Below are positions 10,001 through 18,930 of a stretch of DNA of 20,964 nucleotides, piece by piece. The position numbers and the translations under genes were made by a program. Position 1 is the first letter of the stretch. Every line of letters begins with the position of its first letter. A model generated the notes under the pieces. It worked only from the letters and a program-made list of their open reading frames with translations, was not told the DNA's origin and searched no databases. The DNA comes from Candidatus Dadabacteria bacterium. Lineage in GTDB: Bacteria; Desulfobacterota_D; UBA1144; Nemesobacterales; CSP1-2. Location of the stretch: assembly GCA_040289575.1 (NCBI GenBank), contig PSLL01000003.1, positions 1-20,964 of the forward strand, given 5' to 3'.

Positions 10001-10441
10001 GGGGATTACCATTTGGGTCAGATTCTCTACACGGGAAACGATTTTATCATAATTGATTTTGAGGGTGAGCCTGCAAGGGCCTTGAGTGAAAGGAGACTAA
10101 AGCGATCTCCGCTAAGGGATGTAGCCGGTATGATAAGGTCATTCCACTATGCGGCATATAACTTGCCTCTCAAACAAGAGATTCATAAGCCTAAGGATTT
10201 ACAGAGATTGGAGCCGTGGGCAGACCTCTGGTACAAATACGTTGGAGGGGATTTCCTGAGGTCATATCTCCATACGGTAGAGGATGCCCCGTTTATTCCA
10301 AAGGATACGAAAGAGCTGGATATAATGCTTAATGCGTATCTTTTAGAGAAGGCTATTTATGAGCTTGGATATGAGCTTAACAACCGTCCCGATTGGGTAA
10401 TCATTCCCATAAAAGGGATAAAACACCTAATTGAGGTTTAA
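7085..10441 (+). CDS. treS: Trehalose synthase-maltokinase fusion (TreS-Pep2/Mak)
   Basis: GH13 Tre[45 protein letters not shown]-terminal maltokinase: [44 protein letters not shown] upstream. Confidence 0.97.
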   Translation: MPQNEIYLEDNPLWYKDAIIYELHVKAFYDSNGDGIGDFKGLTEKLDYLESLGITAIWLLPFYPSPLKDDGYDIADYMNIHSHYGTLRDFKEFLRESHKRGIRVITELVLNHTSDQHAWFQRARRAKPGSVWRDFYVWSDTPERYKDARIIFKDFETSNWAWDPVARAYYWHRFYSHQPDLNYDNPQVQKAMFRVVDYWLDMGVDGLRLDAIPYIFEREGTNCENLPETYGFLETLRAHVEANHKDKMLLAEANQWPEDTAAYFGNGDKCHMAFYFPLMPRMFMSVWMEDRFPIIDIFEQTPQIPETCQWALFLRNHDELTLEMVTDEERDYMYRVYARDPVARVNLGIRRRLAPLLKNHRRKIEIMNVLLLSLPGTPIIYYGDEIDMGDNYYLGDRNGVRTPMQWSANRNAGFSKANPQKLYLPIIIDPEYHYEAVNVENQERNQASSLWWMRRVLAMRKRFKAFGRGSIEFLYSDNPKVLSFIRQYGDETILTIVNLSRFSQAVELDLSRFSGCVPEEVFSRNKFPVIKDSPYVITLGFYGYFWFLLHKKDEPITIVSGKAISELNVEGGWATALRGRAKEILEDEILPSYIQGCRWFGGKARIIQKVGIVENVPVEREGSSLTQMLFIEVRYTEGLPDTYFLPLSFSSGDEAQRIMKESPQAVIARLRTEDAQGIIYDGVYNEEFRKNILLMLRRKHIIRGLQGYITFYPGESFKDDEREHLHLEKSQVLKAEQSNTSFLYGKEFFFKLYRRLDEGMNPDVEIERFLTEKTSFINIPPFAGAIEYKRDNVSIDFGESIYQPIVIGMLQGFVPNQGDAWGYTLDSVRGYFDRVLSKRYEMEEIPKVPSRFLDMASREIPLLLQELIGGIYLEMSTLLGRRTGELHLALSSDSEDPNFAPEPFSLLYQRSLFQSMESLTKRVFELLKKNLKNLREGQRDEANRILNLKKEIIDRFRALLNKKISAMKIRIHGDYHLGQILYTGNDFIIIDFEGEPARALSERRLKRSPLRDVAGMIRSFHYAAYNLPLKQEIHKPKDLQRLEPWADLWYKYVGGDFLRSYLHTVEDAPFIPKDTKELDIMLNAYLLEKAIYELGYELNNRPDWVIIPIKGIKHLIEV

Positions 10442-10443
10442 TT

Positions 10444-12369
10444 ATGACAGAAAACGCAGTGCATAATGTGAGTATCATTACAGACCATGACATATACCTT
10501 TTTAAAGAGGGAAGCCATTTCAAGTTATATGACAAACTCGGCTCTCATCCCATGACTGTTGATGGAGTGCAAGGGACATACTTCTCCGTTTGGGCTCCAA
10601 ATGCAAAGAGCGTTTCAGTTATAGGGGACTTCAATAAATGGAGTCCGGAGTCTCATATTCTCAATGTTAGATGGGACGGTTCAGGGATATGGGAAGGGTT
10701 TATTCCCGGCATTCAAAGGGGCGATATTTATAAATATCACATAGTCTCCAACTACAACAACTACCGGGTTAATAAAGGCGATCCATTTGCTTTTTATTAT
10801 GAGACCCCTCCCAAAACAGCCTCTATTGTATGGGACATCAGGTATGAGTGGGGAGATAATGAATGGATGAAAGAGAGATACAAAGTCAATGCCCTTGGCT
10901 CTCCTATTGCCATATATGAGGTTCATATAGGCTCATGGAGGCGTGTCCCTGAGGAGGGAAATAGGTTCCTTACATACAGAGAAATGGCTCGTCCGCTTGT
11001 AGATTACATAAAGGAGATGGGGTTTACTCACGTTGAATTTTTACCAATTATGGAACACCCATTCTACGGTTCATGGGGGTATGAGACCACAGGGTACTTT
11101 GCCCCGACAAGTAGGTATGGAACCCCTCAGGATTTCATGTATTTGATTGATTATCTGCATCAAAATGGAATAGGGGTTATCCTCGATTGGGTGCCTTCCC
11201 ATTTTCCAAGCGATGAGCATGGGCTTGTCTATTTTGACGGCACCCATCTATATGAGCACGCAGACCCGAAAAGAGGTTTCCATCCTGAGTGGAACACATA
11301 TATTTTTAATCACGGAAGGAACGAGGTAAGGGCTTTTCTCATTAGCAGCGCACTCTTCTGGCTCCATAAATACCATATTGACGGACTGAGAATTGATGCA
11401 GTGGCATCAATTCTCTATCTGGACTATGCGAGGGAAGAGGGCGAATGGATACCGAATCAGTATGGAGGAAGGGAAAATTTAGAGGCGATTAGTTTTATAA
11501 AGAGACTCAACGAGATGGTCTATGGAGAATGTCCCGATACACAGACCATAGCTGAAGAATCAACCGCATGGCCTATGGTCTCAAAGCCAGTATATGTTGG
11601 AGGGCTTGGTTTTGGGATGAAATGGAATATGGGATGGATGCATGATACATTGGATTATTTCTCAAACGATCCTATTTATAGAAAATACCGTCGCAATCAA
11701 CTCACCTTCAGCATATGGTATGCGTTCTCCGAGAACTTCGTCCTTCCACTTTCTCATGATGAGGTAGTTTATGGAAAAGGCTCGCTTATTAGGAAGATGC
11801 CAGGGGACGACTGGCAGAGGTTTGCGAATCTCAGGCTTTTATTCGGTTATATGTATGGACATCCGGGAAAGAAGCTTTTATTCATGGGAGGGGAATTTGG
11901 GCAGTGGAATGAGTGGTATCATGAGCAGAGTCTCGATTGGCATCTGATTGGCTATCCGCTCCATGAAGGGGTAAGGAGGTGGGTTAAGGATTTGAATAAT
12001 TTTTATAAGAATGAGCCTGCAATGTATGAACTCGATTTTGATCTTAGCGGGTTTGAATGGATAGACTTTCACGATTGGGAACAGAGCATCATAAGCTTTA
12101 TAAGAAAGGGCAGGAGCATAAACGATATAATTCTACTCGTTTTCAACCTTACGTCCGTTCCCAGGTATAACTACAGAATAGGGGTTCCGCGAGGCGGTCT
12201 CTGGAGAGAGGTTCTAAATAGTGACTCAAAAGAATACGGAGGGAGCGGTCTTGAAAATGAGGAGAGTGTTGAGTCAAGCCCGGTGCCCGCCTGGGGAAGA
12301 TACCACTCCATTTCTCTAATCCTACCTCCGCTTGGGGTTTTGTTTTTCAAAAGCGAAGGGAAGGGATGA
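10444..12369 (+). CDS. glgB: 1,4-alpha-glucan branching enzyme (short form, 641 aa)
   Basis: [66 protein letters not shown]; starts 2 nt after treS stop. Confidence 0.97.
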   Translation: MTENAVHNVSIITDHDIYLFKEGSHFKLYDKLGSHPMTVDGVQGTYFSVWAPNAKSVSVIGDFNKWSPESHILNVRWDGSGIWEGFIPGIQRGDIYKYHIVSNYNNYRVNKGDPFAFYYETPPKTASIVWDIRYEWGDNEWMKERYKVNALGSPIAIYEVHIGSWRRVPEEGNRFLTYREMARPLVDYIKEMGFTHVEFLPIMEHPFYGSWGYETTGYFAPTSRYGTPQDFMYLIDYLHQNGIGVILDWVPSHFPSDEHGLVYFDGTHLYEHADPKRGFHPEWNTYIFNHGRNEVRAFLISSALFWLHKYHIDGLRIDAVASILYLDYAREEGEWIPNQYGGRENLEAISFIKRLNEMVYGECPDTQTIAEESTAWPMVSKPVYVGGLGFGMKWNMGWMHDTLDYFSNDPIYRKYRRNQLTFSIWYAFSENFVLPLSHDEVVYGKGSLIRKMPGDDWQRFANLRLLFGYMYGHPGKKLLFMGGEFGQWNEWYHEQSLDWHLIGYPLHEGVRRWVKDLNNFYKNEPAMYELDFDLSGFEWIDFHDWEQSIISFIRKGRSINDIILLVFNLTSVPRYNYRIGVPRGGLWREVLNSDSKEYGGSGLENEESVESSPVPAWGRYHSISLILPPLGVLFFKSEGKG

Positions 12370-12458
12370 ATATGTAGAATCCAAATTCCCACAATCGCCT
12401 TTGAATCTTGTGAACGCGAGATTCATAAGTTAATTTTTATATTATATCTTTTATGCCT

Positions 12459-12498
12459 CTGTGCAATTGCGCACAGTCTCTACAGTGCATATTGCACA
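12459..12498. promoter_or_regulatory. Two tandem palindromes, candidate enhancer (bEBP) sites
   Basis: CTGTGC-AATTGC-GCACAG (12459-12476) and GTGCA-TAT-TGCAC (12485-12497), about 110-150 bp upstream of the predicted sigma-54 start; spacers of the two differ by 1 bp. Confidence 0.55.
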
Positions 12499-12579
12499 TA
12501 TAGTTGGGTCGCTTGCCTTTTCTCGATACTCATGTGCCTCTAATAACCTGTATTTATTAGGGATTGATGTTATAAGTTG

Positions 12580-12595
12580 CTGGTATGGATATTGC
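12580..12595 (+). promoter_or_regulatory. Sigma-54 (-24/-12) promoter CTGGTATGGATATTGC
   Basis: GG-N10-GC spacing exact; TGGtAt-N5-TTGC versus consensus TGGCAC-N5-TTGC; AT-rich tract between it and the palindromes. Confidence 0.65.
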
Positions 12596-12606
12596 GAGTA
12601 TATGTG

Positions 12607-12750
12607 TATAAGGTATTTAGAGGTTTTCAGAAGCTCTTAATGGCTACCTTCTTCCTTTTTTCTTGCGCTCCAGGCCGGAGGGATCCGGGTCTGGAAAAAC
12701 AAATGGGGATAAGCCGTGGAAAGGCTTTTCTGGCTTATCCCCTCTTTATA
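12607..12750 (+). ncRNA. Putative small regulatory RNA (about 140 nt)
   Basis: Bounded by the sigma-54 promoter and a strong terminal hairpin; contains pyrimidine tract CTACCTTCTTCCTTTTTTCTT and GC-rich hairpin 12669-12695. Ends are predicted. Confidence 0.5.
12705..12749 (+). terminator. Intrinsic terminator-like hairpin
   Basis: Perfect 11-bp stem GGGGATAAGCC (12705-12715) / GGCTTATCCCC (12732-12742), extendable inward, followed by TCTTTAT. Confidence 0.7.
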
Positions 12751-12845
12751 AGGTTTTTCCACTTTATGCTAGGATTTTTATACAGTGGATTCAATAAGGA
12801 CAATTTTTAATTTACGTTAGTTGTTTTCTATCTTATAGTAGAAGT

Positions 12846-13643
12846 ATGATAGATGATAAAACCCCTATTAAATTCAATCGTTGTTCTCTCTGTCGGAGCG
12901 AATATATCAGGATAAGACCATCCCTTTTATCTTTGGACCATATTAGAAGTATGAACATTGAGGATTTTAAAGAATTAGTCGTGCATGTGTTAAAAGAACA
13001 CGGATACGATGTGTTTGAATCCGATAGAAAGAATGAAGGGGATGAAGGCTTCATACTCGAATCGCATAAATCAGAAAAACACAGATGGCACGTTGAGTCT
13101 TGGATTTTGTTTAAATGTATAAACTCGGAGAAATCCCTGGATTTACAGTATGTAAAGAGATTTTATGAACTCCTCTTATCCGATGACGCCGAGCGTGGAT
13201 ACATTATTACAACGGGTGGTTTTATAGAAGAAGCAATAGAGTTTGTCAAAGATAAACCGATCGAAATTATTGATGGAAGTGAGTTTCTGAGCCTTGTGAG
13301 AAAAGCTTCTACGTCTCAGGCTTATTGCACGCAATGCCTGAAAATTTCCTCAGGTGTTAGAGCATCATTGAAAAAGCTAAGGGCGCGCATTGAATCGCTT
13401 AACCGAATTGAAAAAGAGAGTTCAGGCAAATGGACTGCTCCGCTCCATCTCGATTTGATGCTTGGGGATACGGCAAGAAAGATACAATCTCTCTTTAATA
13501 CTGTTCTCGAACGAGACAAGAAACGCTTGGAAATGAAATTGCACACAAACATCAAGAACCTGGCTTCTGGCATTGCCAAAGTAGAAAGGGGGATCAAATC
13601 GTTTGAGGAAATAGTCCAGGAATTCTCCAAAGGAGAAAAGTAG
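12846..13643 (+). CDS. Mrr-like (type IV restriction endonuclease fold) domain protein, catalytic residues degenerate, with two CxxC motifs and helical C-terminus
   Basis: FKELVVHVLKEHGYDV, AERGYIITTGGFIEEAIEF, PIEIIDGSEFLSLV match the Mrr_cat scaffold; CSLC aa 13-16, CTQC aa 161-164. Confidence 0.75.
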   Translation: MIDDKTPIKFNRCSLCRSEYIRIRPSLLSLDHIRSMNIEDFKELVVHVLKEHGYDVFESDRKNEGDEGFILESHKSEKHRWHVESWILFKCINSEKSLDLQYVKRFYELLLSDDAERGYIITTGGFIEEAIEFVKDKPIEIIDGSEFLSLVRKASTSQAYCTQCLKISSGVRASLKKLRARIESLNRIEKESSGKWTAPLHLDLMLGDTARKIQSLFNTVLERDKKRLEMKLHTNIKNLASGIAKVERGIKSFEEIVQEFSKGEK

Positions 13644-13693
13644 AGGTGTATTGCAATAATCCCTACAGCCAAAAATCAATTACGATTCTTCTT

Positions 13694-14491
13694 TCAGCTC
13701 TTTTTCGCAAAGACCCTTTTCAGGAACTCCTCCATCTTGGCCCACGACTCCTTATCGGCCTGCGCGTTATATCCTAAAGGAATATTAAATTCCTTTGCGT
13801 ACTCATCTGCCTTTGGAACGGTAAAGCTGTGCTTTGCGTTCGGATATGTTATGACCTCGAAATTGGCTTTCTCACTTTTCATCAGTTCCTTAAATTTCTC
13901 TACCTGATCCGGTTTCACAAACTGGTCATCTGCCCCGTGAAAAACCAAGATAGCGGCCTTAACTTTTCCGGCTTTGGCGGGCGCGCTTGTGGGTAGAAGT
14001 CCATGGAAACTTACTACTCCGTCCAGGTCTACACCGCGCAGAGCCATGTTCAGTACGACGCCGCCACCGAAACAATATCCTATGGCGGCTATGCGCTGTG
14101 GATCAACAGTTTTTTGATTGCGTAGCAATTCTAAAGCCGCTTCAAACCTCCCCTGCGCATCATCCAAATTGTTCATAACCATGCCAGCAAGCTTTCTAGC
14201 CTCATCTGGGTTCTTTGCCTGCTTTGCATCACCGTACATATCTAGTGCCAAAGCGGTGTATCCCAATTTGGCGAGCATACGCGCGCGCTTGCGTGCGTAG
14301 TCGTTAAGCCCCCACCATTCATGCACGATCAATACTCCTGGCCGTTTGCCTTTTATACTGTCATCATAAGCGAGGTATCCTTTAAGCGCCACTCCATTGG
14401 CGCTGTATTTAACCTCTTTGGCCTGTATCTTGGCATGAGCCGGAATATACCCAATAAAAAGCAGCAGCATGCTAACCAATATAAATCTCAT
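13694..14491 (-). CDS. Dienelactone hydrolase family protein with signal peptide
   Basis: Signal peptide ending AHA, VHEWWGLN, nucleophile GYCFGG, SFHG, HGADD, AKHSFT; SD AAGGAG. Confidence 0.95.
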   Translation of the reverse strand: MRFILVSMLLLFIGYIPAHAKIQAKEVKYSANGVALKGYLAYDDSIKGKRPGVLIVHEWWGLNDYARKRARMLAKLGYTALALDMYGDAKQAKNPDEARKLAGMVMNNLDDAQGRFEAALELLRNQKTVDPQRIAAIGYCFGGGVVLNMALRGVDLDGVVSFHGLLPTSAPAKAGKVKAAILVFHGADDQFVKPDQVEKFKELMKSEKANFEVITYPNAKHSFTVPKADEYAKEFNIPLGYNAQADKESWAKMEEFLKRVFAKKS

Positions 14492-14695
14492 TTTACTCTC
14501 CTTATAAGATTGTTTATTTTGTAACCTTGTAAAAAATGGGACAAACGAGTTTAAAGCCTTGTCTATATCTGACCTTGATGTCGGATTAAATACTAGACAA
14601 TGGTTGGTAATGATACACTACTAATGAGACTAAAAATCAAATTCCAGAGGGATGGCGCTCCTAGGTTGCCCTTTATGGCTGAAAGATTTCCCATT

Positions 14696-15493
14696 TTACG
14701 AAAACGCCTCATCCAGAAGCCTTATCTGCGCTTGAGACAAGCGCCAGCCGGAGGCTCCGCAGTTCTCTACTGTTCGGGCTATGCTATTAGACTTAGGGAT
14801 AGCGATGACATTTGGCCGCGATATGCACCAATTTAATGCCACCTGAGCCGGTGTTTTATGCACCTCAGCCGCTATCTTCCTCAAGATTTTCATTCCCCGT
14901 CCACGCGATTCGGTTGCCAATCGGCCGTTATCCAGAGGCGTATAGGCGATAACCGTCACTCTGTCCTTCTCGCAGTAGGGCATCAGTTCCTTTTCGATAC
15001 CTCGGTTGCTAAGATTGTATAAAACCTGATTGGAGACAATCGGGTATTTTCTCATAGCGGATTGGGCTTCTTGCATATCTCTGACTGAGAAATTACTAAC
15101 CCCAATGTATCTGACAAGGCTGGAGTCCACCAGGGCCTCCATGGCACGCATTGTTTCTTTTATCGGAACGGCTGAGTTTGGCCAGTGAATCTGGTAGAGA
15201 TCAATGTAATCCGTGCCGAGGAGGCGCAGACTTCTTTCCGCCGCCCTTATCACATCGTCATAGCGCAGATGTCTGCCGGATACCTTAGTGGCGATGAATA
15301 CGCGATCGCGTATACCCCTGATTGCCTGACCTACTATGTCTTCTGTATGATAGCCCTCCGCAGTATCAATGAGATATGCCCCTAGTTCAATTCCCTTACG
15401 AAGTGGCTCCACCCCGCCGGTATAATTCCAAGTGCCAAGTCCAATCTCCGGTACCATTACCCCGGTATTGCCAAGTGGTTTTAGTTCAATCAC
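14696..15493 (-). CDS. Aldo/keto reductase
   Basis: IGLGTW, IDTAEGY, FIATKV, DLYQIHWP, IGVSNF, NQVLY, IPKS; GTG start with GAGGA upstream. Confidence 0.95.
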   Translation of the reverse strand: MIELKPLGNTGVMVPEIGLGTWNYTGGVEPLRKGIELGAYLIDTAEGYHTEDIVGQAIRGIRDRVFIATKVSGRHLRYDDVIRAAERSLRLLGTDYIDLYQIHWPNSAVPIKETMRAMEALVDSSLVRYIGVSNFSVRDMQEAQSAMRKYPIVSNQVLYNLSNRGIEKELMPYCEKDRVTVIAYTPLDNGRLATESRGRGMKILRKIAAEVHKTPAQVALNWCISRPNVIAIPKSNSIARTVENCGASGWRLSQAQIRLLDEAFS

Positions 15494-15649
15494 TTAATTA
15501 TTTCTTCCTCTTGAAGAATGTATCAATATAAGGCTAACAAAGAATATTTAAATATTAAAGTAAAAATATGAGGAATATGGTAAACTCCTTCAAATCTGCC
15601 CTGCAAGGCACGGTGACTTTGCCGATGAGCGGTCAATAGAAGGTGCTAT

Positions 15650-16737
15650 ATGCCATTTCAGACGGATCTGACGAAGCGGCTCAATTTGACACATCCAATT
15701 ATCCAGGCACCAATGGCAGGCGGTGCAACTACAGTTGATCTAGTGGTTGCAGTCTGCGAGGCGGAGGCACTGGGATTCATCGGTGTAGCCTATCTGACGC
15801 CGTCACAGATTATTGAGTTTTCACATTAGGTGCGGGTGCAGACATCTAGACCCTTTAGCATAAATCTATTTGTCCCCCTACCTGTACCCGACCAGTCACA
15901 GGACACTGGCCCTATGATTGAACTATTGGCTCCCTTTTATACAGAGCTTGGCTTGCCCCCTCCCACATCCCCCACATTGACGGGTGATATATTCGACGAA
16001 CAAGTGGCAGCGGCTCTTGAGAACGGCGCATCTGTATTGAGTTTTACATTTGGCATTCTGCCAGAGAGTGCGATTGATGCTATTAAGTCTCGGGGCGTGT
16101 TCCTTATAGGTACGGCGACAACGGTTGAGGAGGCAGTGCAACTTGAGGGAGCTGGTGTCGATGCTGTAGTTGCACAGGGAAGCGAAGCAGGTGCTCACCA
16201 GGGCACGTTTGCGTTTGATTTCTTTGCGGCAATGATCGGGACTATGGCACTTGTACCCCGGGTGGTTGATGCTGTGAGGGTGCCTGTGATTGCGTCAGGT
16301 AGTATTATAGATGGACGTGGAATTGTAGCGGCGCTGGCTCTAGGCGCAAGTGCTGTGCAAATGGGCACAGCCTTCTTGACGTGCGATGAGGCTGGCATCC
16401 CTGAGGTCCATAAGGATGCAATACTCAATGCTTGCAAACATGAAACGCGACTGACCAGGGTCTTCACCGGCCGCCCAGTAGGGGGGTCAACCGATTTATG
16501 GTAGAGATTGACCGTCCCGATATCTCTGATGCTATTCTCCCATACCAGAATATGTTGACACGGCCACTCCGCAATGCGGCTGCTAAGCAGGGCCAGGGTG
16601 AATATCTCTTGTTATGGGCGGGTCAAGGTGTCCGCTTGGCGCGCCGCTAATCTGCTACCCAACTCATCGCACGGCTCGCAAGTGAAACCGAGGCGGTCAT
16701 CCGTCGGCTATTGGCATCAGACTGCGAGTCTTTTTGA
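15650..16737 (+). pseudogene. Nitronate monooxygenase (2-nitropropane dioxygenase family) pseudogene
   Basis: ATG 15650 [25 protein letters not shown], in-frame TAG 15827-15829, body with QGSEAGAHQG and VQMGTAFL, frameshift near G-run at about 16481-16487, then NRFM...QNMLTRPLR...LLWAGQG, internal TAA 16648-16650, frame closes at TGA 16737. Confidence 0.9.
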
Positions 16738-16755
16738 TTGATTTTTCTGTATTCT

Positions 16756-16803
16756 AAGGACACAATTATAGTCCTTGACATCTCACTGGGCTCTGTTTAG
16801 GAT
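16756..16803 (+). promoter_or_regulatory. Sigma-70 promoter TTGACA-N17-TAGGAT with overlapping palindrome AAGGAC-N9-GTCCTT
   Basis: TTGACA 16775-16780, TAGGAT 16798-16803; inverted repeat 16756-16776 overlaps the -35 box. Confidence 0.6.
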
Positions 16804-16891
16804 GTAATCGCTGTGTAATATATGTATGTCACTATAAGAGTAAGTCGTGTTCAAGAGATCTAAACGTGTAATGATAAGTAGTGTGCATAGT

Positions 16892-17284
16892 ATGCGGCTA
16901 CGGAAGTTCACATTGCTTCTAGCATCCCTGTTCTTAGGTATTGGTGTATCTCTAGAAAGTGTTTATTCGAGCTATTTTGGAGTCAGCTCTGAGAAATCTT
17001 TCCGTCACCTCATGGAAGAAACGATAACAGTTATGAATCGAGGCATAAAAGAGGCTCCTATGACTGGCGATCCGGATCACGATTTTCCAACTATGATGAT
17101 CCCACATCATCAAGGTGCCGTTGATATGGCGAAGGCTTATCTACTTTACGGTAAGGATCCCGTGCTACGTCGGCTCGCCCAGGAAATTATCGTAACACAA
17201 AGCTCGGAAATCGCCGTCATGGAGGCCGAATTGAAGAGGTATTCTTCACAACTCAAGCAAGCTCCCAAACATTCCGAACACTGA
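16892..17284 (+). CDS. DUF305 (CopM-like, ferritin-like fold) exported protein
   Basis: Signal-like MRLRKFTLLLASLFLGIG; GDPDHDF..MMIPHHQGAVDMA, LAQEIIVTQSSEIAVM. Start uncertain (16847 GTG, 16871 or 16892 ATG). Confidence 0.88.
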   Translation: MRLRKFTLLLASLFLGIGVSLESVYSSYFGVSSEKSFRHLMEETITVMNRGIKEAPMTGDPDHDFPTMMIPHHQGAVDMAKAYLLYGKDPVLRRLAQEIIVTQSSEIAVMEAELKRYSSQLKQAPKHSEH

Positions 17285-17305
17285 CGCAAAGGGGGCGCAA
17301 TCGCG

Positions 17306-18754
17306 ATGAAACTGAGAGAAACGATCCTAACCGCATCAGCACTCGCACTTTTGTTTTTAAGCACTGCGTGGGCTCAAGCGCCTCGCCCTCGAAGCACGCC
17401 AGAGATACCCGTTAGTGCGCGCGATAGAGTTTATGCAGCAGACCAGACTTCAAACACTGTCTCAGTAATCAATCCAGCCACAGAAAAAATATTAGGCGTC
17501 ATTCGCTTGGGTGATCCGACGCCAGAGAACTTGAGTCCTCTCTACAAGGGTCAGCTTCTGGTGCACGGCCTCGGATTTTCACCAGATCATCGGACACTTG
17601 CTGTCGTCTCAATCGGTTCCAACTCTGTGACCTTCGTTGATACCAAGACCAATCGAATTAAATACATCGCCTATGTTGGGCGTTCTCCGCACGAGGCGAT
17701 GTTCACCCCAGACGGCAAAGAGGTGTGGGTCTCGGTCAGGGGCGAAGACTACATCCAGGTGCTCGACGGTAAGACCTACCGACCCACGCGCCGCATTCAG
17801 GTGCCAAACGGACCCGGCATGACAATTTTTTCTCCCGACGGCAAGTACGGTTATGTTTGTTCGAGCTTCACCCCTGAGACTGTGGTCATCGACGTCAGAA
17901 CGCACAAGATTATCGGGCGGGTCAAGCAAGCATCAGCTTTCTGTCCCAACATCGCCGTCACGCTGGATGGCAAGCAGGTGTGGTTTACTCTAAAGGATGT
18001 TGGCAAGACTCAGGTGATCCGTGCCAGGCCGCCTTTTGAAACATTGGCCGTATTGGAGACAGGTCCCATCACGAACCATGTCAACTTCGCTCGCACAGCG
18101 AACGGGCAATTCGCTTATGTAACGGTCGGCGGATTGAACGAGGTCAAGGTGTTTACGACGACCGACCCGAGACCCGAACTTGTGACTACGATTCCGACAG
18201 GTGACCTACCTCATGGGTTATGGCCTTCTGGTGACGGCACGCGGGTCTACGTGGGACTGGAGAATGCGAATGCCGTTGCGGTGATTGATACGCGAAGCAA
18301 TAAGGTGATTGCCACGATCCCTACCGGTCAATCCCCTCAAGCATTGATTTATCTTCCCAATGCAGTTCCAAGTGGTGAAGGAAGTGAAAATCTTGCGCCG
18401 CTCAGTGTTGTGGGTCAATCGGTTCATTTGAAGCTGGCTGCCGTTGGTTCGACAAAAGCTCAGACCACTGTAGCGGTGAACAATCAGGGACTCGTTGATC
18501 TCCTGGAAGCGGCGGTGACTGGCCTTGAACCTCATACGACCTATGTCTTGGCGCTTGCAAGCAATCCTGATGGCTCTGGTGCACTTGAGCTGGTGGCAAA
18601 ATTTATGACTAATCCGGCGGGCGCGGCGATAGTGACTGCGATTGGCCCCTTGCGCAAAGTGGTAGAGGGCGAGCAAGGGGGTGCGCGCCGTTATCTTGTG
18701 ATTGCTCCTTTGATCGAAGGCAAGCCCGGTCCTCCAGTGCAGATACAAAGTTGA
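17306..18754 (+). CDS. YncE-family / YVTN beta-propeller exported protein
   Basis: Signal peptide ending AWA; repeated blades (SNTVSVIN, GRSPHEAMFTPDGKEVWV, PHGLWPSGDGTRVYV, NAVAVIDTRSNKVIATIPTGQSP); 21 nt after DUF305 gene. Confidence 0.9.
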   Translation: MKLRETILTASALALLFLSTAWAQAPRPRSTPEIPVSARDRVYAADQTSNTVSVINPATEKILGVIRLGDPTPENLSPLYKGQLLVHGLGFSPDHRTLAVVSIGSNSVTFVDTKTNRIKYIAYVGRSPHEAMFTPDGKEVWVSVRGEDYIQVLDGKTYRPTRRIQVPNGPGMTIFSPDGKYGYVCSSFTPETVVIDVRTHKIIGRVKQASAFCPNIAVTLDGKQVWFTLKDVGKTQVIRARPPFETLAVLETGPITNHVNFARTANGQFAYVTVGGLNEVKVFTTTDPRPELVTTIPTGDLPHGLWPSGDGTRVYVGLENANAVAVIDTRSNKVIATIPTGQSPQALIYLPNAVPSGEGSENLAPLSVVGQSVHLKLAAVGSTKAQTTVAVNNQGLVDLLEAAVTGLEPHTTYVLALASNPDGSGALELVAKFMTNPAGAAIVTAIGPLRKVVEGEQGGARRYLVIAPLIEGKPGPPVQIQS

Positions 18755-18930
18755 ATGCTACCGAGGATTCCTTCACATGATTCGACTTCTGCTTTCTGCG
18801 ATCGCCTTCAGTGGGGTTATCTGGAAATCGTTGGCGCAACGGTTAGACCATTGGCTCTGAGCCATTCGCAAAGTATCGTGAAGTCGCAGCCTAACTGACG
18901 GCTACAATTATGGGTAGGATATAAAAAAGT

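Noticed and set aside
12577..12810. 77-aa ORF in the glgB-Mrr intergenic region
   Set aside because: TTG start overlaps the sigma-54 motif, no SD, runs through two strong hairpins, no recognisable motif; non-coding reading preferred, though a peptide from ATG 12640 is not excluded.
14600..14836. 78-aa plus-strand ORF
   Set aside because: Mostly antisense to the aldo/keto reductase 3' end, no SD or motif.
15543..15556. Palindrome AATATTTAAATATT between divergent reductase and NMO genes
   Set aside because: All A/T within an AT-rich tract; expected by chance.
15827..16650. Stop-codon recoding to explain internal TAG/TAA in NMO
   Set aside because: Two different stop types plus a frameshift, and TAG/TAA terminate other genes normally here; pseudogene is simpler.
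18842..18915. GTTAGAC and GCCTAAC resembling integron attC core sites near the TA remnant
   Set aside because: Wrong order for one attC, no paired L boxes or extended hairpin, no integrase or cassette array.
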